Of a stretch of 64,000 nucleotides of DNA, positions 18,777 to 28,911 are shown in pieces; the stretch's first letter is position 1; each line of letters begins with the position of its first letter. The translations under genes were made by a program, and so were the position numbers. This DNA comes from an uncultured Pseudomonadales bacterium (lineage in GTDB: Bacteria; Patescibacteriota; Microgenomatia; UBA1400; UBA12108), in contig CAZGNX010000001.1 in the NCBI GenBank assembly GCA_964527065.1, positions 45 through 64,044 of the forward strand. The letters are read 5' to 3'. Below the pieces are notes generated by a model. It made no database searches and had not been told where the DNA came from. It saw only the letters and a list, made by a program, of their open reading frames with translations.

Positions 18777-18944
18777 GAAGCTAGTATAGCGGTTGTTCTC
18801 GCAATCTGCACGACCCCAAACGCAAAAGCGGTCTATCTGCGTCTGCTGACGCAGCGACCTAGAACTCGGCCTAACACGGCCTGCGTAGTTTTTGCAACTT
18901 GTGGCGCGCAGATCACTCGAACAATCTCTTATTAAGAAGGAGAT

Positions 18945-19946
18945 TCAACTACTTGCCCTGAGCTCAATTGGAGATAGGATGGTATTGTTAACGGCGAGCT
19001 GTTGAGGCGGGAAACTGAACCCATCTTTGTCGACCTCGATGACATAGGTCCCAGGACCAAGGGGGGTGGAGGTGTAGAACTGGCCGAGCGAGTTAGTCTT
19101 CATGGCCCTTTGGGGAATGCCGTCGCCGCTGACAATTTGGACGATTGCGTCTGGCACCAATTTGTCTCCTGCATCCACAACCACTCCGGTCACGAGGTTG
19201 GCAACCTTGGGGGAGGCGGGGAGGGTGATGTGTTTGGCAGAGCTAATCGGCACCGTCGCCGCTGATCTGGGGGCAGTGGGCTTGGAAGCGAAGACTATGT
19301 TTTCGGTGGTAGGGGGCGCAGAGACAGTGGTTGGGTTGGGCGCGGACTTGGGTATAGAGATCGGGACAGTTTTTGGAGTTTGGACGATCCGGTTGACCAC
19401 GGCTGACTGTGGGTTGAGTTTGCGGACAACAATTGAGGGCTTGACGACATCAACTGTTTTGGGGGGAGCTGGGGCGGTAGGGGTGACAGGAAGGGAGGTA
19501 AAGAGCGAGTCGAGAGAGGTAATCTTTGTTGATTCTTCAGCGCTCAAGTCTGAGATAGGCGTGCCTACCACTTGAGAGCTGGGAGCTTTGATGGTTTTGG
19601 TAATGGTGGTGACTAGGTCGGGGGGGTGGGCAGTGAAGAGAAACAAACTAGGGATTTTGTTGGTTTTTTGCCAGGTGAAGCGAGTGGGAGCATAAATTGC
19701 TTTGATAAAGTTGACAATCCACTGGTCAAGTGGGCGGTCTTCGATGGGGAAGAAGGCGAGGCCCACCCCCAAGAGGAGCGAGAGAATGACAAGTGGCCAC
19801 TTGAAGATGAAGATAAGGTTGCTGGCAAAGAAGAGGTAGGCAAGCACCATGCCCAGGGCCAGCTCCAAAAATTGCTTGAGCGTCATGTCTCCCACCAGGC
19901 GGAACTGGTACTGGGTCACGTTTTGGGGGATGGGGTGCTGCTGCAT
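18945..19946 (-). CDS. PrgI-like (VirB3-analogue) membrane protein with Pro/Thr-rich linker and C-terminal CarboxypepD_reg-like beta-sandwich
   Basis: 333 aa. TM 'FKWPLVILSLLLGVGLAFFP' + 'IEDRPLDQWIVNFIKAIYAPTRFTW' resembles the PrgI family. C-terminal 'VVDAGDKLVPDAIVQIV...GQFYTSTPLGPGTYVIEVDKDGFSF'. Confidence 0.45.
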   Translation of the reverse strand: MQQHPIPQNVTQYQFRLVGDMTLKQFLELALGMVLAYLFFASNLIFIFKWPLVILSLLLGVGLAFFPIEDRPLDQWIVNFIKAIYAPTRFTWQKTNKIPSLFLFTAHPPDLVTTITKTIKAPSSQVVGTPISDLSAEESTKITSLDSLFTSLPVTPTAPAPPKTVDVVKPSIVVRKLNPQSAVVNRIVQTPKTVPISIPKSAPNPTTVSAPPTTENIVFASKPTAPRSAATVPISSAKHITLPASPKVANLVTGVVVDAGDKLVPDAIVQIVSGDGIPQRAMKTNSLGQFYTSTPLGPGTYVIEVDKDGFSFPPQQLAVNNTILSPIELRASS

Positions 19947-19991
19947 ACAGTTTGAGTATACGGTATGCGGTAGAGAGTATGAAGTATGGGA

Positions 19992-20618
19992 TCAAGGAGA
20001 TGGAGACGGACTGGCAATAACATACCTGTGGGCTTCGGCGTCACCGCCCATGCTCTTTACCCACTCCTTGATTTCGTCAATGGCTTCTTGCGAAGTTATA
20101 TTGAGATTTTTGAGGGTGATCTCTAGTGTCATGGGGGAGGAGTAGACCACGCGGTAGAGTGGGGTGGTGTAGGGGGTGGATTGGGCAAGAGGATAGTCGC
20201 GCGCTAGCTCATCCTTCATGTTTTTGATGAGCAGCGGGTCGGTTTGAGAAGCTTGGGTGGTGAAGGAGTAGTCAGGAAGCTTTTGGTCTTTCCACTTGAT
20301 TTGCAGGAGATATTTTGTTTGTGGTTGAAGAAGAAGAGCAGGCTGTGCTCGTAGGCTTGTGGGGCTGCTTTGACTAAGCGTCCAGGAGATGCTTGGAACA
20401 GAGGCGAGTGTAAAATCAGCCGCAAAAACCTCTTCATCAAAAGTCAATAATGGTTTGATCTCGAGGCTTACGGCAAGGGCATTATGTGTGGGATTAGCTG
20501 CTACAATTTGGGGAGGGCTCGCCATCGACTTGTTCAAAAACACAAAAATAGCCAAAACGACCCCTAGGCCAACAGCCATGATTACATATAAGAGCCTTGA
20601 TCGTAAAAAGCGCTGCAT
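19992..20618 (-). CDS. membrane-anchored hypothetical protein (T4SS locus)
   Basis: ~208 aa. N-terminal TM 'LLYVIMAVGLGVVLAIFVFL', then a Ser/Thr-rich extracytoplasmic region. Translationally coupled to the upstream 945-aa gene. Confidence 0.5.
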   Translation of the reverse strand: MQRFLRSRLLYVIMAVGLGVVLAIFVFLNKSMASPPQIVAANPTHNALAVSLEIKPLLTFDEEVFAADFTLASVPSISWTLSQSSPTSLRAQPALLLQPQTKYLLQIKWKDQKLPDYSFTTQASQTDPLLIKNMKDELARDYPLAQSTPYTTPLYRVVYSSPMTLEITLKNLNITSQEAIDEIKEWVKSMGGDAEAHRYVIASPSPSP

Positions 20619-23455
20619 CATATTCTTCTTAGGTGTCCTGCCACACCAGTTTTAGGGAGACAATTATTGGCGCTAACACAACCATTGCACACTTGGTTGG
20701 CGTCTACCAGACAGACTAAGGCTCCCGCATCTTGCGACATTATACCAATATGGCCCGGGGCGCCGTCGCTACAAGTGCCTGAAGAATTAAAGACAATGGG
20801 GTCTCCGGGCCTGGCCCCACTGAGACCAGACACAAACTGGTATCCTGCGGCACCGCTTGTGTAGTTGCATGCATTTTTCCCTTCGAGACTCCCCCCAGCG
20901 CAGGCGATAGAAGCTTGGACAAAACCAACACATTGGAGATAGGTATAGGAGGTGGCAGAACGCTCGATGATTGCGGCAACTTCTGGTGCGACGGCCTTAG
21001 CGAGGAGGCAACCGATTCCTGTGGTTTGGATTCTTGCGCCTGTTACTGCGGGTCCGTAGCAGGCAGTAAGATAGTCGACGAGACAATTAGCACAACTCAA
21101 GACAGAGTTCCCTGGTGATTGTTCCACGGGGGCGGTCGTCTCTGCGCTTGCTTCGTCATCGTTACAAAAGATGGCGGCGAATAGTTCTGGTCCTGAATCG
21201 ATGTGAGAAGTTATGTTGAATACCTGGAAGAGTAGAAACACCCCTGCAATTAGGGCGCCAACGGCGATGAGAGCAGGGAGAAAAACAGTGGAGAAGAGGG
21301 TTGTTACTAATGTCCCAATAGCACCGATTAAGGCCGAGCCTGTGGCAATTACCCAGGCAACTACGGCGGCGGGAATTGCGACAACTGCGGAGGAAGCAAT
21401 GGATAAGATGGCTGGTAGGCGGCGGATGATCTTGTCTCGGAAGCCGTTTTGGTTGGTGATGAATTCCCAAATGCCCTTGAGACCTGCCCCAATCGCCATA
21501 AGCCCAGCTTGGATCAAAATAGTGGTTCCACCGGAAAGAGTTCCTGCCAGGAAAGACGCTACAACTTTGCCGATTGCGCCATTACTCAGCTTGGTGGCAA
21601 TCCCTGGTGCTATTTTTGTAAACCCACTCCATAACTTGGAGGCTACGGCGGCTTTGACAGCGGTAATGTCCTTTTTATTGAGTATCGTGCGCGCGCTCCA
21701 ATCTAAGATGTTTCCCCACTTTTTTTCGACAAAGTTAAAACTGGCATGACTCCAACTGCCGCCGGCCTGTACGAACCCTTTGGAAAAATCTGAGATGTGG
21801 GTAAAGATGCCGGCATACCACTTGCCGCTTGTACTGGCCTTGGTGGCGACCCCCGTAGACCAGTTAAGGATTTTGTCGGCGATCCAGAGCTGTCCAAGCG
21901 TTGTTTTGTCGGAGATAAGCCTGGCGGGGTTGAGCAGAGGAATCTTTTCTTCGAGCTGTTCCCACTTTTCTGCTAAGTAGTTGAAGGGAGAATGGATAAA
22001 ATCATCGACAGCCCAGATAGTTTTGCCGATTTTTTGAGAGAAACGATCGATGGGAGCTTTGGTGGCGGCATACGTCCCCCTGGCCCGACCAATCTTGTCC
22101 CGCACAGAGAAGAGCACGTCATGATCCAAGGCATATTTGTAGCGCTCGTATTCCGAGCGATATTTAAAGTGATGAACAATCTCAATAATGGCTTCAAAAT
22201 TGGCGTCTTTGCCTTCTTTTGCAAGCTCGGCTTGTAAGAATGCTGTGAGATCTTTGGTTTTATACTTCTCCTCTAGCATGAGACCACTACGGTCTAGGTC
22301 TTTACGCGACCGCCAAGGAGTGTCAAGGGAGACCCCAATGTCTCTGGTTAAACTAAGTGTATGGAGGAGGCGCGGATCACTTTCGAGTACGTTGCCACCT
22401 AAGATTTTGGCCACTTCGTTTTGACGCACTTCTTCGATCAGGGGAGCGAGTGAGGAGAGCTGGTCGAAGGCGGTATCAGGGAAACCGGCCGACTTGAGTG
22501 ACTCCCGGATAAGGACTTCGCCGGAGACAAATCCTGAGGTGGTGGTTGCGATGATGTTTTTACGAAGTGATTCAACGAGCTTGTCCTTGTTTAGATCATG
22601 ACCGGCGACAAGATCAACTAGAGTGGGGATGTCGGCAATGGTTGTTAGCTGGGGGAGGGAGGATAAGCGGGACATATCATCACGGAAGGCTTTTTGTCCT
22701 TCGGGACTACCCCCATACTCCTTTTGAATGACCGCCTCAATGGCGCTCGTGAGTTCGGGTAGCTCTTGATCGGCCTTGGCAGAGTAAGCAAGGTGGCTAG
22801 CATTGTTCAAGGCACCATCACCGGATCTCAGCTGGATTAACTGGGTAATCTCCTCGGCGATAGCGATGGTGCTCTTGCCTGGCGCCGGGCGCAGATTGGC
22901 GGCATCGGCTGCAAGGAGTGCTGAGAGCACCGAAAAAGTGTAGGGGTCTCCTGCAAAGCGCTTTAAGTACTGAGTTTGCTGGATGGCGGTCGTGAGTTTG
23001 CCGAGGATTTTGTCGTTGATTAACTTATATTGCAGATTACGGAGTTCGTTGGCTTTTTTATATGTCTGTCCTTCAGCTGTCTCAGGGCGTAAGTTCTTGA
23101 GAGGGGTGTCTTTGGCTGAGTCAAGAATGGAGCGGAAGTTAGCGGCGGCTTCGCGTGACTTGCCTTGTACGTTGATCTCGAGATAGTTAAGCAGTCGCGA
23201 TGCCCTGATTTTACGCGAGCCCCGGTCGCCCATTGGTAGACTAACCTCGTTGTCCCTTGCCCAAGCCGTAATCTCTTGCCAGGCTTCTTCGGGGGAGAGT
23301 TTGAGTTTTGTTTTATCTGGTAAGTCGAGTTCTAAGGGACGGTTGCTGAGGATGAGCTTGAGGTAGTAGGTGAGGAGCTGGTGGTTACTATTTAAGTCTC
23401 GAGCCAAGAGATCTTGGAGATAGCGACGTTGAACTTGTGAGATTGTACTGGCCAT
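20618..23455 (-). CDS. T4SS-associated membrane protein with C-terminal CHAP-domain peptidoglycan hydrolase (VirB1 functional analogue)
   Basis: 945 aa. ~640-aa N-terminal helical domain, then a TM cluster ('LPAILSIASSAVVAIPAAVVAWVIATGSALIGAIG...'). C-terminal 'YTYLQCVGFV' (catalytic Cys) and 'GAPGHIGIM' (His) of CHAP. Confidence 0.65.
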   Translation of the reverse strand: MASTISQVQRRYLQDLLARDLNSNHQLLTYYLKLILSNRPLELDLPDKTKLKLSPEEAWQEITAWARDNEVSLPMGDRGSRKIRASRLLNYLEINVQGKSREAAANFRSILDSAKDTPLKNLRPETAEGQTYKKANELRNLQYKLINDKILGKLTTAIQQTQYLKRFAGDPYTFSVLSALLAADAANLRPAPGKSTIAIAEEITQLIQLRSGDGALNNASHLAYSAKADQELPELTSAIEAVIQKEYGGSPEGQKAFRDDMSRLSSLPQLTTIADIPTLVDLVAGHDLNKDKLVESLRKNIIATTTSGFVSGEVLIRESLKSAGFPDTAFDQLSSLAPLIEEVRQNEVAKILGGNVLESDPRLLHTLSLTRDIGVSLDTPWRSRKDLDRSGLMLEEKYKTKDLTAFLQAELAKEGKDANFEAIIEIVHHFKYRSEYERYKYALDHDVLFSVRDKIGRARGTYAATKAPIDRFSQKIGKTIWAVDDFIHSPFNYLAEKWEQLEEKIPLLNPARLISDKTTLGQLWIADKILNWSTGVATKASTSGKWYAGIFTHISDFSKGFVQAGGSWSHASFNFVEKKWGNILDWSARTILNKKDITAVKAAVASKLWSGFTKIAPGIATKLSNGAIGKVVASFLAGTLSGGTTILIQAGLMAIGAGLKGIWEFITNQNGFRDKIIRRLPAILSIASSAVVAIPAAVVAWVIATGSALIGAIGTLVTTLFSTVFLPALIAVGALIAGVFLLFQVFNITSHIDSGPELFAAIFCNDDEASAETTAPVEQSPGNSVLSCANCLVDYLTACYGPAVTGARIQTTGIGCLLAKAVAPEVAAIIERSATSYTYLQCVGFVQASIACAGGSLEGKNACNYTSGAAGYQFVSGLSGARPGDPIVFNSSGTCSDGAPGHIGIMSQDAGALVCLVDANQVCNGCVSANNCLPKTGVAGHLRRI

Positions 23456-23498
23456 GGGGTTATTCTAGCATTGTGCTTGCCTCTGGTGTGATAGAATT

Positions 23499-26400
23499 AT
23501 GCCTATGGGTGAACATCTACAAGTTGGTATATCAGACAAACTGCGCGCTCTGGTTGAGAAAGCGAGAGGTGAGAAAAAACCCAGAGACAACGAAGATGCG
23601 CCGATTGGAGAAAAGAAGAAAAACATCCTCGAGTGGGCATTGACAGCGGCGGCAACGAGAATCGTGTTGGCTCGTGATGTAGGAGAACTTTCTGTTCAAT
23701 TGAAGGATATACAGAGTAGTTTGGCAGGTGGAAAAGATACTGCCGAAGTGGATAGGTTGCGAGCCGCCGTCATGGACAAGATGGATGAGCTCGTTCATGG
23801 GGAGGACTTGATTGAGGCGAACACCGCGATGAAGGGGTATATTTATAGCGGCAAAGTTGGGGATGCGGTTGCGCTATTGGAAAAAATGGCTAAACAGGAT
23901 AGGTATAAACTAACCACTGCTCAGCACAAAGAGGTTGACGAGTTGTTGGGGTCAGTGAAAGATCTCGATACTGAGAAGAGCGCGAATGATGCTGTAATAG
24001 AAGCCAAGATTAAGCAAGTTGAACAAAAGGGTGGCGCACTCAGCAAGACAGTGGACAAAGAACTGACATCTATCAGAGACAGCAGCAACGAGATAGAGAC
24101 GAGCGTGTCGGCAAAGAATTTGGAAAATGAAAAATTAAAACTAATCCCGAAGAAGCTAACTAAGAAGAAGATAGAGATCAAGCAGGCAGAGGTGGTAGAA
24201 ATAGCTCAACAAGCCGACAAAGTGGCCGACAAACACGACAAGGCCACGAAACATGATAATAGATTTATCAAAAAACTATTAGAAGGTGGAAATGATGGGT
24301 TTGGGGTAGTGGATGCAAGCGGGAATCTGGTTATTGAAATCGATAAATTGAGCCATCCTAAGGCAGAATATTTGTATGGTCGTGTGAGTACGGCTTTAGG
24401 GAGATATCAGAGCAAGCTAGGAAGTCCCGATAACGCTGAACTGAAGGCCTATCTAGAAGAAGTGGAGTTTGAATTGCGGGGGCGGCTCCATGACTTAGAG
24501 GACATAGATCGGGAGAAGTGGAGAGTAGAAGGTAAGACAGAGGATGAAATGAAGTGGGAAAAATTGCCAGCCATAGAAAAATCAAGGATTATAGAAAACT
24601 TTGACTTCATTGACAAGAATATGTCGGCAGAGCAGATGTTGCAACATGCAATGCGAGAGCGTCAGAATCAGGGTATTAGCATGAAGCGTAGTGAGGTGGC
24701 TTTACAAAATCTATTACGCGAGCACCCAGAAATCCGGGCAAAGTTTAATGAGAAGGGAGAGTGGGTGGGGACGGCGGAAGAGTTTTTTGAACTTTGCCGA
24801 CTCGAAATTTACAAAATTAGAGATAGTGTCCCTGAGGAGCGCTTGGGCAATTTGGTGTTTGAGGAAACGGCTGATATATATCTTGCCCTGATGGGAATTA
24901 GTACCAAGAATAACCCCGAGCTAAAAAACATGAAGGATGCGGTAACCAAGACTCTTTATCTGGAGTTTGTGGTTAAGTCTCTATGGAAAGCTGGGGGTAA
25001 CCATGAGGCCTGGCAGAGAGCGGCAGCACTCATTTTGAGAGAAGGGGCAGACACCAACTTTTTCTTGACAATGAAGGTCAGGGAAAAATTGCGCGGGAAG
25101 GATAAAAGGGGGAACGATATTCCTCCACTGCCAGGATTTAATATCGATGACATGATGACGCTTGGTGAGCTGAGGGCACCCAATGGTCAATCATGGCTGG
25201 CCTATATTTCTACTAACAATATTCAGCTGAATGAATCTAGATTACAGGAGATGGGTAATGCCCTAGCAAAACTTACCCTTGAAAAGGCAAAATTGCGCAA
25301 GAACAAGGACAGAAAGATGGAGATCTCTAGCGCTGACTACTCTACGTACCTGGCGATGTTAACTAATAAGGAAATCAAGTTTGACAAGGAACAGCTTGAT
25401 TGGGTGCGTAACTATATGCAGTATATCCATGTTGCCACCCTCAACGTCGGAGAGAAACTATGGCTGATGGATGGGACAGTCCCTGGTAGAAAAGGATTTG
25501 ATTACGCTAGTCTCCCAGGGGGCCAGTTTGCACAAAAGTCGGGGTTGTGGCCTATCTTATATTTTGCTAAATACAACGTGACGAAATATGGCTTTGAAGG
25601 GCTTGGTAAGTTGTTTATCCCTAACCCAGGCCTGTTGTCGTACGCAAGAGGAGAAACTTTAAGACACTTTATGTCGGCGAATGGGAGTGAGGACTGGTTA
25701 AGAGATCCAGAGGGGGATTTGTATAAACCGGGAGGAGGAGCGAGAGACTTTTTCTTTGAAGGGAAGACAAAGACCGATCAGGAAATGAAGGTGTTTACTG
25801 ACTTTTGGGAAGAGATATGGCTTGATTCGCGTACAGGAACTTCTTTTAAATCTAAAGGGATGCGCTCACTCCAGAATTCAAGAGATGTAGGGATGGAGCT
25901 GATTAAACTGAACAAACACAAAGATTTTATCGATGACATGAAGTTTGATCAATTAGAGAGACTCGTTGGTCACGAAATACCGGGTGCTACTAACGAGGAA
26001 AAACTTACTTGGGTAGTTGGAAACTTGGATTACGACATGATGGAGATGAGCACGATGCCATCTAAGCGGGAGGGAGACTGGGTAAATAAGTATTCTAAGA
26101 TTTATGTAGAAACGGTGAAGGCATTCCAAGACTTTTTGGATGCACCCACTTTGACTAACAAAATGAAGATCATTACATCAGTTGCACAATACAATAGTGA
26201 AGCTGTGTCCAACCTCTCGAAACAGTTGAATGATTTTATTGAGAATAAAAGTAAGTATAAAATCGGTCTTTTGAAGAGAAAGAATCCTAAAACTGGCCAA
26301 ATTGAGCTGGGGAACCCACTAAATCCTTTTCATTGGATCGGGCCAAAAACAGTGAGTGACGACCAGAAGGATCTCGTGCGATCGGCGGATGGGGACAATA

Positions 26401-26798
26401 TGGAGATGCCTGTCATGGGGAAAAGCGCCACAGATGGATGGTACCTAGGGAGAGGACTGAAATTCTCATTGGAAGAGGCCAAAGAGGGTAGGCGTAATCC
26501 CATGGTGATGAAGAAGATTGAGATCCAAAATGAGATTGCTTGGGGGATAGTGTCTCCGCAGGAAGGCGGCCAGAAAATGCGAGACTGGCAGAAAATGATA
26601 TATTTTGGCGATCAAATAGTCCTAGGAAAACTAAAACTGAGGCCTGGGATGATCCCCTTTTTGACCCCGTACTTTTTACTGCGAGGCTACTGGGTAGACA
26701 GGATGGGTTTTGATTGGGAGGACTTTAAGATGATTATGGCCAAGCAAAATGAAGAGACGTGGGAAAAGCTGAAGAAGTTACTGGGGATTGAAATATAG
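23499..26798 (+). CDS. large orphan protein (1099 aa), Lys/Glu-rich helical N-terminus, no recognisable domain
   Basis: Long uninterrupted ORF with protein-like composition. No TM, signal peptide, Walker or HUH motifs found. Embedded between the two T4SS operons. Confidence 0.7.
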   Translation: MPMGEHLQVGISDKLRALVEKARGEKKPRDNEDAPIGEKKKNILEWALTAAATRIVLARDVGELSVQLKDIQSSLAGGKDTAEVDRLRAAVMDKMDELVHGEDLIEANTAMKGYIYSGKVGDAVALLEKMAKQDRYKLTTAQHKEVDELLGSVKDLDTEKSANDAVIEAKIKQVEQKGGALSKTVDKELTSIRDSSNEIETSVSAKNLENEKLKLIPKKLTKKKIEIKQAEVVEIAQQADKVADKHDKATKHDNRFIKKLLEGGNDGFGVVDASGNLVIEIDKLSHPKAEYLYGRVSTALGRYQSKLGSPDNAELKAYLEEVEFELRGRLHDLEDIDREKWRVEGKTEDEMKWEKLPAIEKSRIIENFDFIDKNMSAEQMLQHAMRERQNQGISMKRSEVALQNLLREHPEIRAKFNEKGEWVGTAEEFFELCRLEIYKIRDSVPEERLGNLVFEETADIYLALMGISTKNNPELKNMKDAVTKTLYLEFVVKSLWKAGGNHEAWQRAAALILREGADTNFFLTMKVREKLRGKDKRGNDIPPLPGFNIDDMMTLGELRAPNGQSWLAYISTNNIQLNESRLQEMGNALAKLTLEKAKLRKNKDRKMEISSADYSTYLAMLTNKEIKFDKEQLDWVRNYMQYIHVATLNVGEKLWLMDGTVPGRKGFDYASLPGGQFAQKSGLWPILYFAKYNVTKYGFEGLGKLFIPNPGLLSYARGETLRHFMSANGSEDWLRDPEGDLYKPGGGARDFFFEGKTKTDQEMKVFTDFWEEIWLDSRTGTSFKSKGMRSLQNSRDVGMELIKLNKHKDFIDDMKFDQLERLVGHEIPGATNEEKLTWVVGNLDYDMMEMSTMPSKREGDWVNKYSKIYVETVKAFQDFLDAPTLTNKMKIITSVAQYNSEAVSNLSKQLNDFIENKSKYKIGLLKRKNPKTGQIELGNPLNPFHWIGPKTVSDDQKDLVRSADGDNMEMPVMGKSATDGWYLGRGLKFSLEEAKEGRRNPMVMKKIEIQNEIAWGIVSPQEGGQKMRDWQKMIYFGDQIVLGKLKLRPGMIPFLTPYFLLRGYWVDRMGFDWEDFKMIMAKQNEETWEKLKKLLGIEI

Positions 26799-26801
26799 TG
26801 C

Positions 26802-28376
26802 TTAGGCTGATTTTTTTGGTTTGCCACTGCCTTCTTCTTCGTATTTCTTCATAGCATCGACGTTGGCACGAGCTTGGAATTCTGCCATTGAGCGTTGCTC
26901 GCGGAGCGAACGAGCTTGCTTGCCCCAGCCCACAGGATAGCCCACACCGGTTGAAACAACCCCACCAAAGGCTTTGAGAGCCTCGGCACCATAGGGAGAT
27001 TCTTTGACTTGTAGCCATTCCTGAGCCATCTTGGCAGCTGAAGGGGTCATGAGGAAAACAAAAAACCCGATCAAGGCCAGGATATCCAGACTTTGGACAT
27101 CAGCGTTGGGACCTAAGGCATCGGTCAAGGTGAAGGGGGGGACCCAGACTTCTGTACGTCCAGCAATATCTCTCACCCCAAAAGGATTCTGTTGGCCGAT
27201 TGTGGAGGGACCGCCGTCGCCTGGCCACAGGTCATTGGCGACAATGGCGCTCGTGGGATTGCCAATCAAGATGGCAGAGAAAATAAACATACTCGCCACA
27301 ACGGGGAAGGGAATGAGGTAGCTAGCTGTGGTTTTGATCCAGGTAGAGAAGGCCTTACTCCCGGGCATGGCGTTCATCAAGATTTGAAGTGGGGCGGTGA
27401 TGGTTTGGACGATGAGCATGACGTAGGATTTAATGAGAGCAACCATTAATTTAAGCATAGCTATGATAAAACTAACCACCACAAACAAATAAAGGGGCGA
27501 AACCATTCCGAGAGTTAAAAACTGCGTGGCAGTGTCGAGAAAGTTGACGAGACCACCAACAATGCCAATACCACCAGTACCAAGGCTACCCAGTACTCCC
27601 TGAAGAGACCCAGTAACGGCTAGGATAATGCTGTTGCGGCCAGCAAAGACCACATTCCAGGCAGAATGAGTCATCAACCTTTCGATGGAGGCGCTTGCAT
27701 CAATGATCCCTACTGAGGCAATGAGATACACGACAAAGTAGATGAGAAAATACATGAGGTCGATCATAAAACCGACGATAGCGTAGGAGAAGGTGATGAG
27801 CAAGAGTGTCACGAGGAGGTTGGGGATGGCACTCTGAATGGTAATCACTGTCTGGGCATTCACCTTAGTGCGGAGCATAATCATGACGCCCACAACCACG
27901 AACATGATGATGTAGAGTGAGTAGGCGACATTGCGGAAGACTTTCCAGAATTCGAGAAATGGTTGCATTGCTGTGTAGCCCGTGCCTTGGGCGTAGGCCC
28001 GACTGACAGAGGGAATGCCAATGTTGTCAAGCAGATCGGCAACATATTCTCGGCTGGAGATTTGGTTGTTATAGATCATGGCGACAACCTTGCCTTGTGT
28101 GCCCAAAACACCGGGGCTGTAAATATAGCCGAGACCATCAGCCGAAGGGAGCTTGCCACCCAAAAAAGCAAATTGATTTTGTGGTACTGAGCTCAGGCGA
28201 TCTTTGATACAGGGATCTTCTGGGGTATTGGCAACGTTAAAGCTGGTGATAGTTAGGTTGCTGTTGATAGCGCAGATAAAGCCATTCAGTAGTCCAGGAG
28301 TGGCCTCTACGGCAGAGGCAGGGGTGGGACTGGTGAGGAAGAGAAACATAAGAAAGACGAGCAAGAGCTTTTTCAT
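26802..28376 (-). CDS. VirB6/TrbL-like polytopic membrane protein
   Basis: 524 aa. Signal peptide 'MKKLLLVFLMFLFLTSPTPASA', ≥6 TM helices, hydrophilic C-terminus. Placement within a T4SS-like operon. Confidence 0.5.
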   Translation of the reverse strand: MKKLLLVFLMFLFLTSPTPASAVEATPGLLNGFICAINSNLTITSFNVANTPEDPCIKDRLSSVPQNQFAFLGGKLPSADGLGYIYSPGVLGTQGKVVAMIYNNQISSREYVADLLDNIGIPSVSRAYAQGTGYTAMQPFLEFWKVFRNVAYSLYIIMFVVVGVMIMLRTKVNAQTVITIQSAIPNLLVTLLLITFSYAIVGFMIDLMYFLIYFVVYLIASVGIIDASASIERLMTHSAWNVVFAGRNSIILAVTGSLQGVLGSLGTGGIGIVGGLVNFLDTATQFLTLGMVSPLYLFVVVSFIIAMLKLMVALIKSYVMLIVQTITAPLQILMNAMPGSKAFSTWIKTTASYLIPFPVVASMFIFSAILIGNPTSAIVANDLWPGDGGPSTIGQQNPFGVRDIAGRTEVWVPPFTLTDALGPNADVQSLDILALIGFFVFLMTPSAAKMAQEWLQVKESPYGAEALKAFGGVVSTGVGYPVGWGKQARSLREQRSMAEFQARANVDAMKKYEEEGSGKPKKSA

Positions 28377-28399
28377 AGTTCACCTGATTTTATCATATA

Positions 28400-28909
28400 T
28401 TAGGGCTTGAGCTTGAGAGCGGTAATCCAGGCTTGGGTAGTATGTCTCACATATTCTTTGTCGCCGTAGATGAAAATGAGTTTTTTGGGATCAATATTTT
28501 GACCTTCAAGCATCTCCATAGCCTTGAGATAACTTTCTTTGAACGCTGTGACGTTGGGGTTCTTTTTTTCGTCTGCATCCGCGTTGAGATATGAGAGGCC
28601 GTAGATCTCGAGACGTACAATCTCGGCTTCGTCGTCGTCAAGGCGATAGAGGTTGATAGAAGTGGTGATGCCCACGGAGGTCTCGAAGGACTCGAGGTAG
28701 AGTGGGAGCTTGTTTTCAATCGAAGCAACATACACCATAGTGTCGCGGCGTTTTTCGGCTGAGAGATCGGCGAGTTCGATGCGGCTGGGTCCAGTTGGGA
28801 CGGGTAGTTCTGCAGGGTTGCTGACATTTTTACTTGGCGAGAGAAGTAGTACTAGGACGAGGAGAGAGATCGAGATAGCGGCGGCGATAAGGAAGAATTT
28901 GTTGTTCAT
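28400..28909 (-). CDS. membrane-anchored hypothetical protein
   Basis: 169 aa. N-terminal TM 'FFLIAAAISISLLVLVLLL'. Translationally coupled (3-nt gap) to the upstream 879-aa gene. Confidence 0.5.
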   Translation of the reverse strand: MNNKFFLIAAAISISLLVLVLLLSPSKNVSNPAELPVPTGPSRIELADLSAEKRRDTMVYVASIENKLPLYLESFETSVGITTSINLYRLDDDEAEIVRLEIYGLSYLNADADEKKNPNVTAFKESYLKAMEMLEGQNIDPKKLIFIYGDKEYVRHTTQAWITALKLKP

Positions 28910-28911
28910 AC

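Noticed and set aside
19102-19955. + strand ORFs 19102..19575 and 19626..19955
   Set aside because: Both lie antisense within the PrgI-like gene's Pro/Thr-rich linker region. They are Gly/Ala/Val-rich shadow frames.
21213-21749. 178-aa + strand ORF
   Set aside because: It lies antisense to the TM-cluster region of the 945-aa CHAP gene. The hydrophobic mirror composition marks it as a shadow ORF.
28377-28399. Possible terminator between the VirB6-like and upstream membrane-protein genes
   Set aside because: The gap is only 23 nt with no stable hairpin, and the genes are probably co-transcribed.
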